A stretch of DNA of 64,000 nucleotides from a bacterium (GTDB lineage: Bacteria; Patescibacteriota; CPR2; UBA1875; JAJYID01): positions 20,038-84,037 of the forward strand of contig JAJYID010000003.1 of assembly GCA_021790235.1 (NCBI GenBank). Reading direction: 5' to 3'. Of this stretch, positions 20,818-30,642 are shown piece by piece; the stretch's first letter is position 1, and each line of letters begins with the position of its first letter. Below the pieces are notes generated by a model. It was given only the letters and a program-made list of their open reading frames with translations. It did no database searches and was not told the origin of the DNA. The position numbers and the translations under genes are program-made.

Positions 20818-20910
20818 AAAAAATCTTTGGACAAACCAAAGACGAATAAAAAATATCTGAATCTTTACCTTGGTAGCAAATTAAGCTTTCGCAGCTACTG
20901 TCTTTGGCTG
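20818..20910 (-). ncRNA. ribosomal protein L10 leader with intrinsic terminator
   Basis: Minus strand GCCAAAGACAGTAGC-TGCGAAAGC-TTAA-TTTGCTACCAAGG resembles the L10-leader core (AAGACAGUAG...UUAA...CUACC). It is followed by TCTTTGG-TTTGT-CCAAAGA-TTTTTT upstream of rplJ. Confidence 0.8.
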
Positions 20911-20958
20911 CTCTTATTCTAACAAATAATAAATAAATGGTCAACATTTTTTCAAAAT

Positions 20959-20987
20959 TTGACTAGCATATAAGTTTTATATATAGT
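20959..20987 (+). promoter_or_regulatory. sigma70-like promoter for tmk-thyX
   Basis: TTGACT-17 nt-TATAGT. Confidence 0.6.
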
Positions 20988-21077
20988 TAAAGGTGGATAT
21001 GGCGGAGGGTAATCTGACTAGCCGCTTTTTTATTTGCCGGCTGGTTGCAACTTTTCAATCGAATAGGAGGAATTTCC

Positions 21078-21728
21078 GTGGGAAAGAAAAAAGGGAAAGT
21101 CTTTGTACTTGACGGTCCGGATGGCTGCAGTAAGACAACTCAGATTATCGAACTCACTAACAATATTCGAGAAAATGAGGAAAATGCTAAAGTTGTGTTA
21201 ACCAGAGAACCGTATGACTTTCCCGATAACACGATCGGTATGTCTATCCGCAACATTTTGGAGCATCGTGAAGTTCATCCACCCAATGCTGAAGCTTTCC
21301 AGTATCTGTTTTATCTCGACAGAGTAGAACACTGGAAAACAGTGCTCGGCCCAAGGAGAGAGGAAGGTTGTTATTGTCTTTCAGACCGTGAACGGATGGT
21401 AACCTATGCTCACGGTGTGGCAGGAGGAGTCCCTCTTGACATGATGATGAAGTGGCACGATGGTCTCCCTATTGCTGATCTCTACATATACATGAAGGTA
21501 ACAGCAGAGAAGGCTCTCGAACGGATCAATAAGAAAAATACGGAAATGGGGAAAGATCCCGATTACTTCGAAACGAAGGATCGCGTCCAGAAAAATGTTG
21601 AAGCGTTTGACTGGATCGCTAGAACGGGTATTATACCCAATCTCGTAACAGTCGACGCCAACCGCACTATTGAAGAGATCCGGCAGTCTATCTGGAACAT
21701 TGTTTTCCCCATCATTGACAAACTATGA
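21078..21728 (+). CDS. tmk: thymidylate kinase-like protein (divergent)
   Basis: DGPDGCSKTTQ P-loop variant, TREP, LFYLDR, SDRE and VDANRTIEE; GTG start after SD AGGAGG. Confidence 0.8.
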   Translation: MGKKKGKVFVLDGPDGCSKTTQIIELTNNIRENEENAKVVLTREPYDFPDNTIGMSIRNILEHREVHPPNAEAFQYLFYLDRVEHWKTVLGPRREEGCYCLSDRERMVTYAHGVAGGVPLDMMMKWHDGLPIADLYIYMKVTAEKALERINKKNTEMGKDPDYFETKDRVQKNVEAFDWIARTGIIPNLVTVDANRTIEEIRQSIWNIVFPIIDKL

Positions 21729-21743
21729 AGGAGTAGGAGTGTA

Positions 21744-23159
21744 ATGATAAATCAGGAAAAAATGCCACAAGTACAACTCATTGCAAAAACCGACATGTCC
21801 CTGGAAAATTTGGTATCCTACGATGCGCTCACCTGCACCAGACAAGAACTGCCGATTCTCGGGGAAACCATCCCGATCGGTAGTGTTTACGAAAGCGGAC
21901 ATCACTCAACCCTGGAGTGCAACTACTACACCTTCGCCATTGAATATATACCGATTGGCGTCGGCATAGACTTTGGTCTGCATGTTGCATCTCCTCATTA
22001 CAACACTGGCCAGCGATCTGGCCGGTATGTGCAGGATATGTTCGCTAATCCGCCTCGGAAACTCCTAGCCGAACAGCTGAAAATGTTTTATCACGGAGAG
22101 ATCGGGGAGTCAGTATCTAGCGATATCCTGGATTACCTGGAGTTCTGCATCGGCGTCTTCAAGAAACGCAGTCCGGAAGCAGAGAAGATCTGCGCCAGGT
22201 TCCTAAAGGAAGATCGGCCGAAGGCAAGTTCCGAGTATATTGAAGGTAATGCGCCCAAGATGGCTCAGGAACAACTTCGCGGCGTCATTCCGGTTATTTT
22301 CCCAACGGCGCTGACTTTCACGGTCAACTTCATTACCGCCGCTTCATTATACGCAGCAGCATGGAACCCCTACATGCGCTATGTGACTTCCATAATGATG
22401 AAGCAGATTTTCGCAGTCGAGGATTCCAAGGAAACACGAAAGATCAAGAAGAGCCTAATGAGCTGGAAGCGCGAGAACTGGGCGCCAGGAGAACCAAAAT
22501 ATCCTATAGCTATCATTGATACACCAATAGCGCGGTTATTGAGTGTCAACTTCCCTCCTGGTATAGAATTCATCACACCACACAAAAGAGATATCGATGT
22601 TCTTGATCTTCTACCGGTTCATCCAAGGTACATGAATAATGGGACGATCAACATGCAAGTGGAAATGGGAGTCTCTTTGGCAACCTATGGCCAGGACCAG
22701 CGACATCGTTCAATCCGCCGTTCGGAACCACAGTTTACCAACGGTTTCTATGCGCCTCCACTCATCCAGGAAATCGGTATGGAGGATGACATCCACGAGG
22801 TCATGAGCCGCTGGAACAGCTTCATAGGAAAAGTCCCGGATACTCTTTTTGCCGGAATAGCTCCGTATAATGCCATGGTCGGCTATATCAAGTCGGCCGA
22901 TGTCAATTCCTTTATCCATGATGCCGTTCGCAGATACTGCAATACGGCTCAAGAAGAGAACAACACCGGCTTCGTTCTCCTGCGCAGTGCAGTGAAGGAA
23001 GCGGCCGAGAAAGACCCACGCCTGAATCCATTAGTGAAGTTACTCGCACCTCCCTGCTGGGAGGGAGGGGTATGTCATGAGAAAATTCGGCAATGTGGCC
23101 GCGACAGAAGCAAGAAAGCGCGAAGCTCCGAAGAATACTTCGCGAGAAGAAGAGTCTAA
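21744..23159 (+). CDS. thyX: tandem-domain FAD-dependent thymidylate synthase ThyX-like protein
   Basis: N-half has GHHSTLE, QRSGRYV and EQLRGVIP. C-half has QDQRHRS, RRYCNTAQEE and a Cys-rich tail. About twice the length of a single-domain ThyX. Confidence 0.75.
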   Translation: MINQEKMPQVQLIAKTDMSLENLVSYDALTCTRQELPILGETIPIGSVYESGHHSTLECNYYTFAIEYIPIGVGIDFGLHVASPHYNTGQRSGRYVQDMFANPPRKLLAEQLKMFYHGEIGESVSSDILDYLEFCIGVFKKRSPEAEKICARFLKEDRPKASSEYIEGNAPKMAQEQLRGVIPVIFPTALTFTVNFITAASLYAAAWNPYMRYVTSIMMKQIFAVEDSKETRKIKKSLMSWKRENWAPGEPKYPIAIIDTPIARLLSVNFPPGIEFITPHKRDIDVLDLLPVHPRYMNNGTINMQVEMGVSLATYGQDQRHRSIRRSEPQFTNGFYAPPLIQEIGMEDDIHEVMSRWNSFIGKVPDTLFAGIAPYNAMVGYIKSADVNSFIHDAVRRYCNTAQEENNTGFVLLRSAVKEAAEKDPRLNPLVKLLAPPCWEGGVCHEKIRQCGRDRSKKARSSEEYFARRRV

Positions 23160-23188
23160 CACTCTATATCCAATACAGACTTTTCTCA

Positions 23189-23222
23189 AATGGGCACCCA
23201 CGTGGTGCCCATTCCCTTTTTA
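23189..23222. terminator. intrinsic terminator between convergent thyX and pbp2
   Basis: AATGGGCACC-CACGT-GGTGCCCATT followed by a T-rich tract. Confidence 0.75.
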
Positions 23223-23233
23223 TTGGTGTTTTA

Positions 23234-25177
23234 CTATTTTCTTCCCCCAAAATACCACTGATAGACTTCTTTTGCTATCGGTTCGGCGGTAACGTCCCCG
23301 CCTCCAGAACCTTCTACCAAGATAGTCAGTTCAAATGTCGGATTATCAAACGGCGCAAAAGATGTAAACCAACCATGCTCTTTAGAATTGTTTGGGCCAA
23401 ACTGTGCAGTTCCTGTTTTACCTGCAACTGCCACCGGCTCATCTTTCAACTGTTGTCCACTTCCGTCTGTAATTGTCTGTCTCATACCGCGCCTAACAAT
23501 ATCAATATTTTTGGATGAGATAAAATTTTGATTTAAAATCTTTGGTTGCTTGGTATCAATAACTTTATCATTTTCATCGACTACTTTATTAACAAAATGA
23601 GGCTCATAAAGTGTACCGCCGTTTGCGATCGCACAAGTAGCATTTGAAATCTGGAGCGGTGTTACAAGCAAATCTCCCTGGCCTATGCCCATATGATATG
23701 TATCACCAAGGTACCAAGGCTGATTTTCTACCTTTTCTTTCCACTCAGGAGTAGGAATGTTACCTTTACCTTCCCCACTGATATCAACACCTGTCGGTTT
23801 ATCAAAGCCAAAAAGGTCCAGATAATGTTTAATGAGTTCCGGACCCAAGCCCTTAATATCACCATATCCGCCAGCTACAGCATAGAAGAAGGTATTCACA
23901 GAATCAGCTATAGCCTTAGTAACATTTGTGATACCATGTCCGCCGGCCTTCCAGTCTGGGAAAAACCAACTGCCAACGTGAATCCCGCCGGTCGAATTAA
24001 CAGTCGAATTTTCTGTAATTGTCCCCTGCTGTAAAGCTCCGGATGCTATAAAAGGTTTAATTACAGAGCCGGAGGGATATTCGCCCGCTATAGCTCTAGG
24101 AAGTAAGGGGTCGTTTGGATCATTTATAAGCTTAGAATAGTCTGCGGCAGATATCCCTTTTGAAAAAAGATTATTATCATATGTTGGGATATCAACCATT
24201 GCTAAAATCTCACCGTTTTGTGGATTCATAGCTATAGCAGTCGCTTTAGTGGCGTGAACTTTATCCATTTCCTTTTTCATAGAATCAGCTAGCTTTTGTT
24301 CCAGTCCAAAATCTATAGACAAAACCAGGCTATCACCAAGTTGAGGTTCTTGTTCACCTAAATATTTTACAACATTCCCCTGCGAATCAACTTCATACCT
24401 CTGACTGCCGTCTTTGCCTCTTAAAACATTTTCATATGATGACTCCAAACCCGTTTTGCCTATATAATCGGTTAGTCTATAACCCTCATCACTTTTACTT
24501 TTTAGTTCATCCTCGCTAATCCTTCCGACGTATCCGAGAACATGTGAAAGCAACCCACCATCAAGATAGTCTCTAATTGGGTTTACCGGTACATCTATCC
24601 CCTTTAAGCCTTTAGACAAAATCACAAAAGCATCATTTCGAGAAACATTTTCTTTCAAAAGAATTGGTTCGGTATAGCTTAAGCCCTTTTCGTCTACTTT
24701 GTCCTCAATTGTTTGGCCTGAGATACCTAGAGTTTTCGCAGCGTTTTGAATAACCTTATCTCTGGATTTTTTATCTTTCGGCAGTTCGCTTGGTAGTATG
24801 GTCGCCTCATAATTTGGCGTATTTTTTACTAATTTCACATGATTTATATCATAAATAATGCCTCTAGGCGCACGAATGATACTCCCCCTGTCTCTGTTTT
24901 CGTCAGCCATCGTCCTCTGTTTTCCTCCCTGGATTATCTGTAATGTTGCCGCCCTTGTAAGCATTACGCCAAAAAGCAGGAAAAATATAGCGCCCATGAT
25001 GAAAAAAGGTTTAAGACGTCTTTCACTTTCTATTTTTGGGGCCTCTTGGTCTGCAGATAAGATATGAAATATCCATTTTTCACTATCTTTGGTTTTTGAA
25101 TCCTTTAAACGCCATTTTTTATTACCACCCTCAAGACCTACCAGTTTCTTAAAAATATCTTTTCTTTGTTTTGCCAT
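23234..25177 (-). CDS. mrdA: penicillin-binding protein 2
   Basis: APRGIIYD, SVIK (SxxK), SVN (SxN) and KTG motifs; follows mreBCD. Confidence 0.93.
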   Translation of the reverse strand: MAKQRKDIFKKLVGLEGGNKKWRLKDSKTKDSEKWIFHILSADQEAPKIESERRLKPFFIMGAIFFLLFGVMLTRAATLQIIQGGKQRTMADENRDRGSIIRAPRGIIYDINHVKLVKNTPNYEATILPSELPKDKKSRDKVIQNAAKTLGISGQTIEDKVDEKGLSYTEPILLKENVSRNDAFVILSKGLKGIDVPVNPIRDYLDGGLLSHVLGYVGRISEDELKSKSDEGYRLTDYIGKTGLESSYENVLRGKDGSQRYEVDSQGNVVKYLGEQEPQLGDSLVLSIDFGLEQKLADSMKKEMDKVHATKATAIAMNPQNGEILAMVDIPTYDNNLFSKGISAADYSKLINDPNDPLLPRAIAGEYPSGSVIKPFIASGALQQGTITENSTVNSTGGIHVGSWFFPDWKAGGHGITNVTKAIADSVNTFFYAVAGGYGDIKGLGPELIKHYLDLFGFDKPTGVDISGEGKGNIPTPEWKEKVENQPWYLGDTYHMGIGQGDLLVTPLQISNATCAIANGGTLYEPHFVNKVVDENDKVIDTKQPKILNQNFISSKNIDIVRRGMRQTITDGSGQQLKDEPVAVAGKTGTAQFGPNNSKEHGWFTSFAPFDNPTFELTILVEGSGGGDVTAEPIAKEVYQWYFGGRK

Positions 25178-25178
25178 A

Positions 25179-25673
25179 TTAAGCCTTACTAAGTCTCCCT
25201 TGCCATAAGAAAAATCGTTTCAAAAAAGGGATTAATAATAAAAAGAAAGCAACTGTAATTACTATTTGGCCTAGCGTAAATAGCAAACCAGTTAGAGTAA
25301 AACTATTTCCTAAATACGAAACATAGAACCAAAGCGTTATATAAAACACTGAGGTTGATACAAATGCAAAGATAAATGAAAAAAGTTTTGAAATCTTAGT
25401 TAAGTCTTCTTTTAAAATTAAACTTGCGGCCAAAACAATAAGCATAAATACAATAAGATGAAAACCAAAAGGACCGGCTGATAAAATATCTAAAACCAAT
25501 CCAGCAAAAAAAGCAAAAATGTAAGCTTCATATATTCTTTTAAAGAAAGTAAAAGAAATGATCAAAATTAGCATCAGGTTTGGTACTAACCCAAAAAGAT
25601 GAAAACGCGAAAGGAAAGATGTCTGAAGAACCAAAGTCACAATCAAAATTAAAATGTTTAAAAGTATTGTCAT
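25179..25673 (-). CDS. mreD: rod shape-determining protein MreD
   Basis: Hydrophobic; PNLMLI and GLVLDILS motifs; lies between mreC and pbp2. Confidence 0.88.
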   Translation of the reverse strand: MTILLNILILIVTLVLQTSFLSRFHLFGLVPNLMLILIISFTFFKRIYEAYIFAFFAGLVLDILSAGPFGFHLIVFMLIVLAASLILKEDLTKISKLFSFIFAFVSTSVFYITLWFYVSYLGNSFTLTGLLFTLGQIVITVAFFLLLIPFLKRFFLWQGRLSKA

Positions 25674-25742
25674 AAGTTAATTATTAAGTTTAATTTGAAA
25701 AAATTAAGTTCATTTGTTCTTGTTGCTTTGTCTATACACCTC

Positions 25743-26534
25743 TCAGTTTATTATAATCTGGACCCGTTCAAGAGTATTGAAATCTATTTGTGTCCTAATA
25801 GAAGCAGATTGAAAAATAGAATTATTTTGTTTAGTGATATTTTCAATTTTTCCGATTAAAAGGCCTTTTGGATATCCGCCGCCTAAGCCGGAGGTTATTA
25901 CATTTTGGCCTTCCTGGAGAGCAGCATCTTGCTGTATTTGGTTCATTATGATACCCATGCCAATTTGCCCTTGTACCAAGCCATCCGCATTTATATCCGG
26001 AATTTGGGCAGGTACATCTGAAAGTGGATCTGTGATCAAAAGAATCTTAGCTGAGTTAGCATAAACATCGGTCACTCTGCCTATCAAAAAACCCTCGCTT
26101 GTTGCAGCCATCTTAGGTTTTATACCGTCTTTGGCGCCTTTATCTATCACAATACTTTCCCTTACATTTGTTGGGTCAAAGAAAGTGATACTCGCAGCTA
26201 CCGTCTGAAAACCACTGTTATCCTTAAAACCAAGCGCCCTTTTTAAGGATTCATTTTCCTGTATATCGGCTGTCATCATTGCATTCTTTGATTGGAGACC
26301 ATTAACTTCTAAACGAAGTTTTTTGTTTTCCTTCTCCAAATCACCAATATTAGTGAGATTGACCAATAAGTCTTTTACATCCCCGGAAACATCTGAAAAA
26401 ACTATTCCTATTGGCTGGAAAACTCGAGAAATACCAGAATCAACTCCTGAGAATGATCCTTTAGATTCGGAAAAAAGAAGGCTAAGGATAACAATCAAGA
26501 TACCAAAAAAAATTAAAAAAGATATTTTTTTCAT
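25743..26534 (-). CDS. mreC: rod shape-determining protein MreC
   Basis: Coiled coil, IDKGAKDGI and VITSGLGGGYPKGL motifs. Confidence 0.92.
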   Translation of the reverse strand: MKKISFLIFFGILIVILSLLFSESKGSFSGVDSGISRVFQPIGIVFSDVSGDVKDLLVNLTNIGDLEKENKKLRLEVNGLQSKNAMMTADIQENESLKRALGFKDNSGFQTVAASITFFDPTNVRESIVIDKGAKDGIKPKMAATSEGFLIGRVTDVYANSAKILLITDPLSDVPAQIPDINADGLVQGQIGMGIIMNQIQQDAALQEGQNVITSGLGGGYPKGLLIGKIENITKQNNSIFQSASIRTQIDFNTLERVQIIIN

Positions 26535-26598
26535 TATAATTAGTTAAACAGTCAATTAGATAAAAAGCTTGCTTTTTTACCTAATTTCTATTTCTAAT

Positions 26599-27654
26599 TT
26601 ATACTTTTGGCGATTTTTCATATTGCGTAGTCACTAGGACATCCTTCAAAGATTCAATATCTTCAAGTACTAATCCGGCGCCTCTAACAACGCTAGTCAG
26701 GGGGTCATCGGTAATATGCACAGGTATTTTTGTGTTAAGTTTAAGCAGTTTATCAAGTCCACGTAAAAGTCCGCCTCCACCAGCCAGAATAATACCTCTA
26801 TCCATAATATCTGCCACAAGTTCGGGTGGTGTTTCTTCTACAGTCATTTTTACCGCATCCACAATTTGGCCGATAGATTTTTGGATGGCCTTTCTGACTT
26901 GATCGCTGGTGATTGTAATTGACTTTGGGAGTCCGGTGACTAGATCTCGCCCGCGCATAGTCGCTTCAAGTTTATGATCACTAGGATATGCACTCCCAAT
27001 AGCAATTTTAATTTCTTCAGCAGTTCGTTCACCAAGCAACAGGTTAAATTCATCTCTCGCAAACTGAATGATATCTTCGTTTAGCTCATCCCCCGCAATT
27101 CGAAGAGATCTGGATGCTACTATTCCACCAAGTGATATTACAGCCACCTCTGTCGTTCCACCGCCAATATCAACAATCATAGAGCCAGCCGGATCCTGAA
27201 CAGGCAGACGAGCTCCGATCGCAGCTGCCATTGGTTCCTCTATCAGATATGATTGCCTGGCGCCGGCATTTATTGTTGCATCTTCCACCGCCCTTTTTTC
27301 CACTTCTGTTACACCTGACGGAATACCGACTACAACTCGAGGTCTCGGAAAAAGACTAAAACTTTCCTGATGAACTTTATCAATAAAATATTTGAGCATT
27401 TGTTCAGTAATCTCAAAGTCACTAACCACCCCATCTACAAGGGGACGAGTAGCTATAATATTTGCCGGAGTTCTTCCGACCATTTTCTTTGCATCATCGC
27501 CTATAGCTAAAATTTGTTTAGTTTTTTTGTTGAGTGCTACAACTGACGGCTCGTTTATAACAATACCTTTCCCTTTTACATACACAAGAGTATTGGCCGT
27601 TCCGAGGTCAATGCCTATATCATGCGAGAAATATCCGAATACTTTATTTAGCAT
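26599..27654 (-). CDS. mreB: rod shape-determining protein MreB
   Basis: GIDLGTANT, EPMAAAIGA and DIGGGTTEVA motifs. Confidence 0.97.
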   Translation of the reverse strand: MLNKVFGYFSHDIGIDLGTANTLVYVKGKGIVINEPSVVALNKKTKQILAIGDDAKKMVGRTPANIIATRPLVDGVVSDFEITEQMLKYFIDKVHQESFSLFPRPRVVVGIPSGVTEVEKRAVEDATINAGARQSYLIEEPMAAAIGARLPVQDPAGSMIVDIGGGTTEVAVISLGGIVASRSLRIAGDELNEDIIQFARDEFNLLLGERTAEEIKIAIGSAYPSDHKLEATMRGRDLVTGLPKSITITSDQVRKAIQKSIGQIVDAVKMTVEETPPELVADIMDRGIILAGGGGLLRGLDKLLKLNTKIPVHITDDPLTSVVRGAGLVLEDIESLKDVLVTTQYEKSPKV

Positions 27655-28885
27655 AATAATCTTTTACTTTTTTAATTAAATCTTTTTCATTTAGGATTTC
27701 TGGCTTTGATTTATTTCTCTCTTTGACTTCATATCCACCTGAATTTAAAGATTTTTCAGAAACTATCACCCTTATAGGCATACCCAAGAGATCAGCATCT
27801 TGCAGTTTCACTCCGGCCGATTCCTCTCTATTATCCCATAAAACTTCAACCTTTTCTCTTTGTAGTTTTTCGTAAAGCTTTTCTGCTTCTTTATTCTCCC
27901 TTAAATCGATCAAATGCACATTGTAAGGTGCAACTTCCTTGGGCCAAACAATCCCTTTTTCATCAGACAAAACTTCCACGATAGTACCCATAATCCTTGA
28001 CGGCCCGATTCCATAGCATCCCATAAGTACAGTATTTTCCTTACCCTTTTCATCTAAATACACAACCTTAAAAGATTTGGTAAATTTATCTTTCAACTTA
28101 AAGATATTCGCAATCTCTATGGCCCGAGTTTCTTGAAGATCAGTTCTGCCACATTTGGGACATTCTTTTTGTGTAAGAATTATCTCTTTATTTATACCCA
28201 TTTTGCATTGCCGACAAAGATAAATCGTGTCTTCACCCACAGGCGATTCAGTTTGAAATTCATGCGAGAATTTTGAAAATGTTCCTCCGGAAGCAAAAGT
28301 AAGAAAAGTTTTTTCCTTTAGACCAAATCTTTTAAACATTTTTTCATATGATTGAATAACCTGATCATAATATTGATTTAAATCTTTCTCTTCGGCATGG
28401 AATGAATATAGGTCTTTCATCCTAAATTCCCTGCCTCGTAATATTCCTGACTTTGGTCTTTTTTCATCTCTAAATTTTGTTTGAATTTGAAAAACATACT
28501 TCGGCAGATCTTTATAAGATAGGATGTATTTTTTAGCTAAAGGCGTTACCACTTCCTCATGCGTACCACCAAGGGCCACTTCATTTTTAGAATAGTAGCT
28601 TGTAAAGCGATAAAGATCATCCATAGTATCCCATCTACCTGTTTTCTTCCAATTTTCTGATGGTGTCAGTGCCGGCATTAGAATTTCCTGCCCACCAATC
28701 GCAGTTATTTCTTCGCGTATAATTTCTTCGATTTTTTCGAGCACCTTTTTCCCTAACGGCAAATAAGCATAGACGCCGGACATTACTTGATCAACATATC
28801 CGGCGCGAACCAAAAGCTCATGGTTTTTGCTCTCGGCCTTTACGATATTTTTTGTTGTTTTTGAAAAAAGTTTGCTTAGTTCCAT
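27644..28885 (-). CDS. proS: proline--tRNA ligase (short form lacking the INS editing domain)
   Basis: THEE, KFRDEKRP, REFRMKD and MGCYGIG motifs; 413 aa. Confidence 0.93.
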   Translation of the reverse strand: MELSKLFSKTTKNIVKAESKNHELLVRAGYVDQVMSGVYAYLPLGKKVLEKIEEIIREEITAIGGQEILMPALTPSENWKKTGRWDTMDDLYRFTSYYSKNEVALGGTHEEVVTPLAKKYILSYKDLPKYVFQIQTKFRDEKRPKSGILRGREFRMKDLYSFHAEEKDLNQYYDQVIQSYEKMFKRFGLKEKTFLTFASGGTFSKFSHEFQTESPVGEDTIYLCRQCKMGINKEIILTQKECPKCGRTDLQETRAIEIANIFKLKDKFTKSFKVVYLDEKGKENTVLMGCYGIGPSRIMGTIVEVLSDEKGIVWPKEVAPYNVHLIDLRENKEAEKLYEKLQREKVEVLWDNREESAGVKLQDADLLGMPIRVIVSEKSLNSGGYEVKERNKSKPEILNEKDLIKKVKDYYAK

Positions 28886-28905
28886 TTTTTAATTTTCATT
28901 TAAGG

Positions 28906-30027
28906 CTACTTGATAATACCAAATGTAAAGAAATCTTTAAAGGTCAGAGCGACATATAAAATGACAACAAAGCCAAGGCCGGCAAACTGGATAATACCTT
29001 TAGTTTTAGCTGTAAACTTTTTCCTGGCCGCTGACTCTATTAAAGTTACAAGGATTTGGCCGCCGTCCAGCCCAGGAACCGGCAAGATGTTTATTATACC
29101 GACAGCTATCGATAGTATAGCAACCCACTGAATAAAGATAGAAAAGCCGGATTGGGCTGCGTTACTGGTTAAAATATAGACACCTATCGGGCCAGCAAGA
29201 CCTTCTGGCACTTTGAAATGTATGATAGCTCCGCCAATTACCTGAAAAAACATTGTTGTGTATTCATAAATAAATGTTCCAACTTCTATAAAAGATGCTT
29301 TAATGGCGGTAAAAAACGGAGCAGAGACTTTCCCTGTTGTCTCTAAAACCACACCTATTCTCGGCACTTCCCGGGTTTTGCCGCCCACATTTTCCTTGAA
29401 AAGGTAGGTAGAGAAAGTTTTAACAAAGATTTGTCCATTTCTACTTATCTCTGCATTTACTATGACATTTTTATTTTTCGCTGCCTTTTCCTCGAGATGC
29501 TGTACAATAGTTGTACTGTCATTTACCTTGATTCCATCAACTTTCTCAATAATATCGCCTTTCTGCAAACCTTCTTTCGCAGCCGGTGTACCCTTCTCGA
29601 CCGTCATAACTATGGCATGCATGTTATTATTCACGCCCTTTTGATCTGCCATACCGGGTATGATTGGCTGAGTGCCCGCTAAGTAACTGCCAAAAATAAT
29701 AAAATAAGCCAGAACAAAGTTCATAAATACCCCTGCCGCAAAGATTAAAAGCTTGATGTATAGCGGTCTTGAGGCAAAGCTCCGTGGGTCTTCTGCATCT
29801 TTACCGTCTTCTCCGTAAAGTTTTACAAATCCGCCCAAAAGGACAATGTTAATAGCATAAGTAGTCTCCCCAATCTTTTTCCGCCAAATATTAGGGGGAA
29901 AACCAAAAGCAAACTCATCTACCCTGACGCCACTCGCTTTTGCTGAGATAAAATGACCGAATTCATGGAAAGTAATTATTAAAAATATAGCGAAGAGAAA
30001 TCCTATGATTGAAATAAAAAGGGCCAT
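28906..30027 (-). CDS. rseP: site-2 protease RseP (M50) with PDZ domain
   Basis: HEFGH, GGFVKL and NILPVPGLDGG motifs. Confidence 0.92.
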   Translation of the reverse strand: MALFISIIGFLFAIFLIITFHEFGHFISAKASGVRVDEFAFGFPPNIWRKKIGETTYAINIVLLGGFVKLYGEDGKDAEDPRSFASRPLYIKLLIFAAGVFMNFVLAYFIIFGSYLAGTQPIIPGMADQKGVNNNMHAIVMTVEKGTPAAKEGLQKGDIIEKVDGIKVNDSTTIVQHLEEKAAKNKNVIVNAEISRNGQIFVKTFSTYLFKENVGGKTREVPRIGVVLETTGKVSAPFFTAIKASFIEVGTFIYEYTTMFFQVIGGAIIHFKVPEGLAGPIGVYILTSNAAQSGFSIFIQWVAILSIAVGIINILPVPGLDGGQILVTLIESAARKKFTAKTKGIIQFAGLGFVVILYVALTFKDFFTFGIIK

Positions 30028-30046
30028 TTCTTTCTTTCTTAAAAAA

Positions 30047-30604
30047 TTAAATAGTTAGCAAATCACTTTCCTTATTTGCAAGGATTTCTTCGATTTTTTT
30101 ATTATACTTATCCACTATCTTTTGAAGATCTTCCTCACCACGATACATATCATCTTCGCCTATTTGACTGTCAGTTTTTGACTTTTTAATCTGGTTTAGT
30201 ACATCTCCGCGTACATTTCGTACAGAAATTCTTGCATTTTCTGCTTTGTCGCGCGCAATTTTTACAAATTCCTTGCGCCTTTCTTCAGTAAGTTCAGGAA
30301 GATTAATCCTTAAGTTTTCACCGGTATTTACAGGATTGAGTTTCAGATCAGAATCTCGAATAGCTGTTTCTATTTGGGCAAGATTTGACTTATCCCACGG
30401 TTGAATAAGAATAGATCTTGGTTCAGGAATTGTTATAGTGGCGACAGCTTTAATGGGGTTTTTTGCGCCATAAACATCTACCATAATATCATCAACTAAA
30501 GAGACACTCGCTCTGCCCGTATGAATTGTCCCTAACTCTTCTTCTAAGATCTCAATGGTCTTTTGGAACCTAGGCTCAGCACCTTTGATAAGTTCTTCTA
30601 TCAC
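30047..30604 (-). CDS. frr: ribosome recycling factor
   Basis: HTGRAS, PELTEERRKE and RISVRNVR motifs. Confidence 0.96.
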   Translation of the reverse strand: MIEELIKGAEPRFQKTIEILEEELGTIHTGRASVSLVDDIMVDVYGAKNPIKAVATITIPEPRSILIQPWDKSNLAQIETAIRDSDLKLNPVNTGENLRINLPELTEERRKEFVKIARDKAENARISVRNVRGDVLNQIKKSKTDSQIGEDDMYRGEEDLQKIVDKYNKKIEEILANKESDLLTI

Positions 30605-30642
30605 TTAATCCTCCTTTGTGACTGGTTATAACTAATAACTTC

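Noticed and set aside
20694..20834. N-terminal extension of L10 in the ORF track
   Set aside because: It is a translation of the REP-like element and terminator; the L10 homology starts at 20693.
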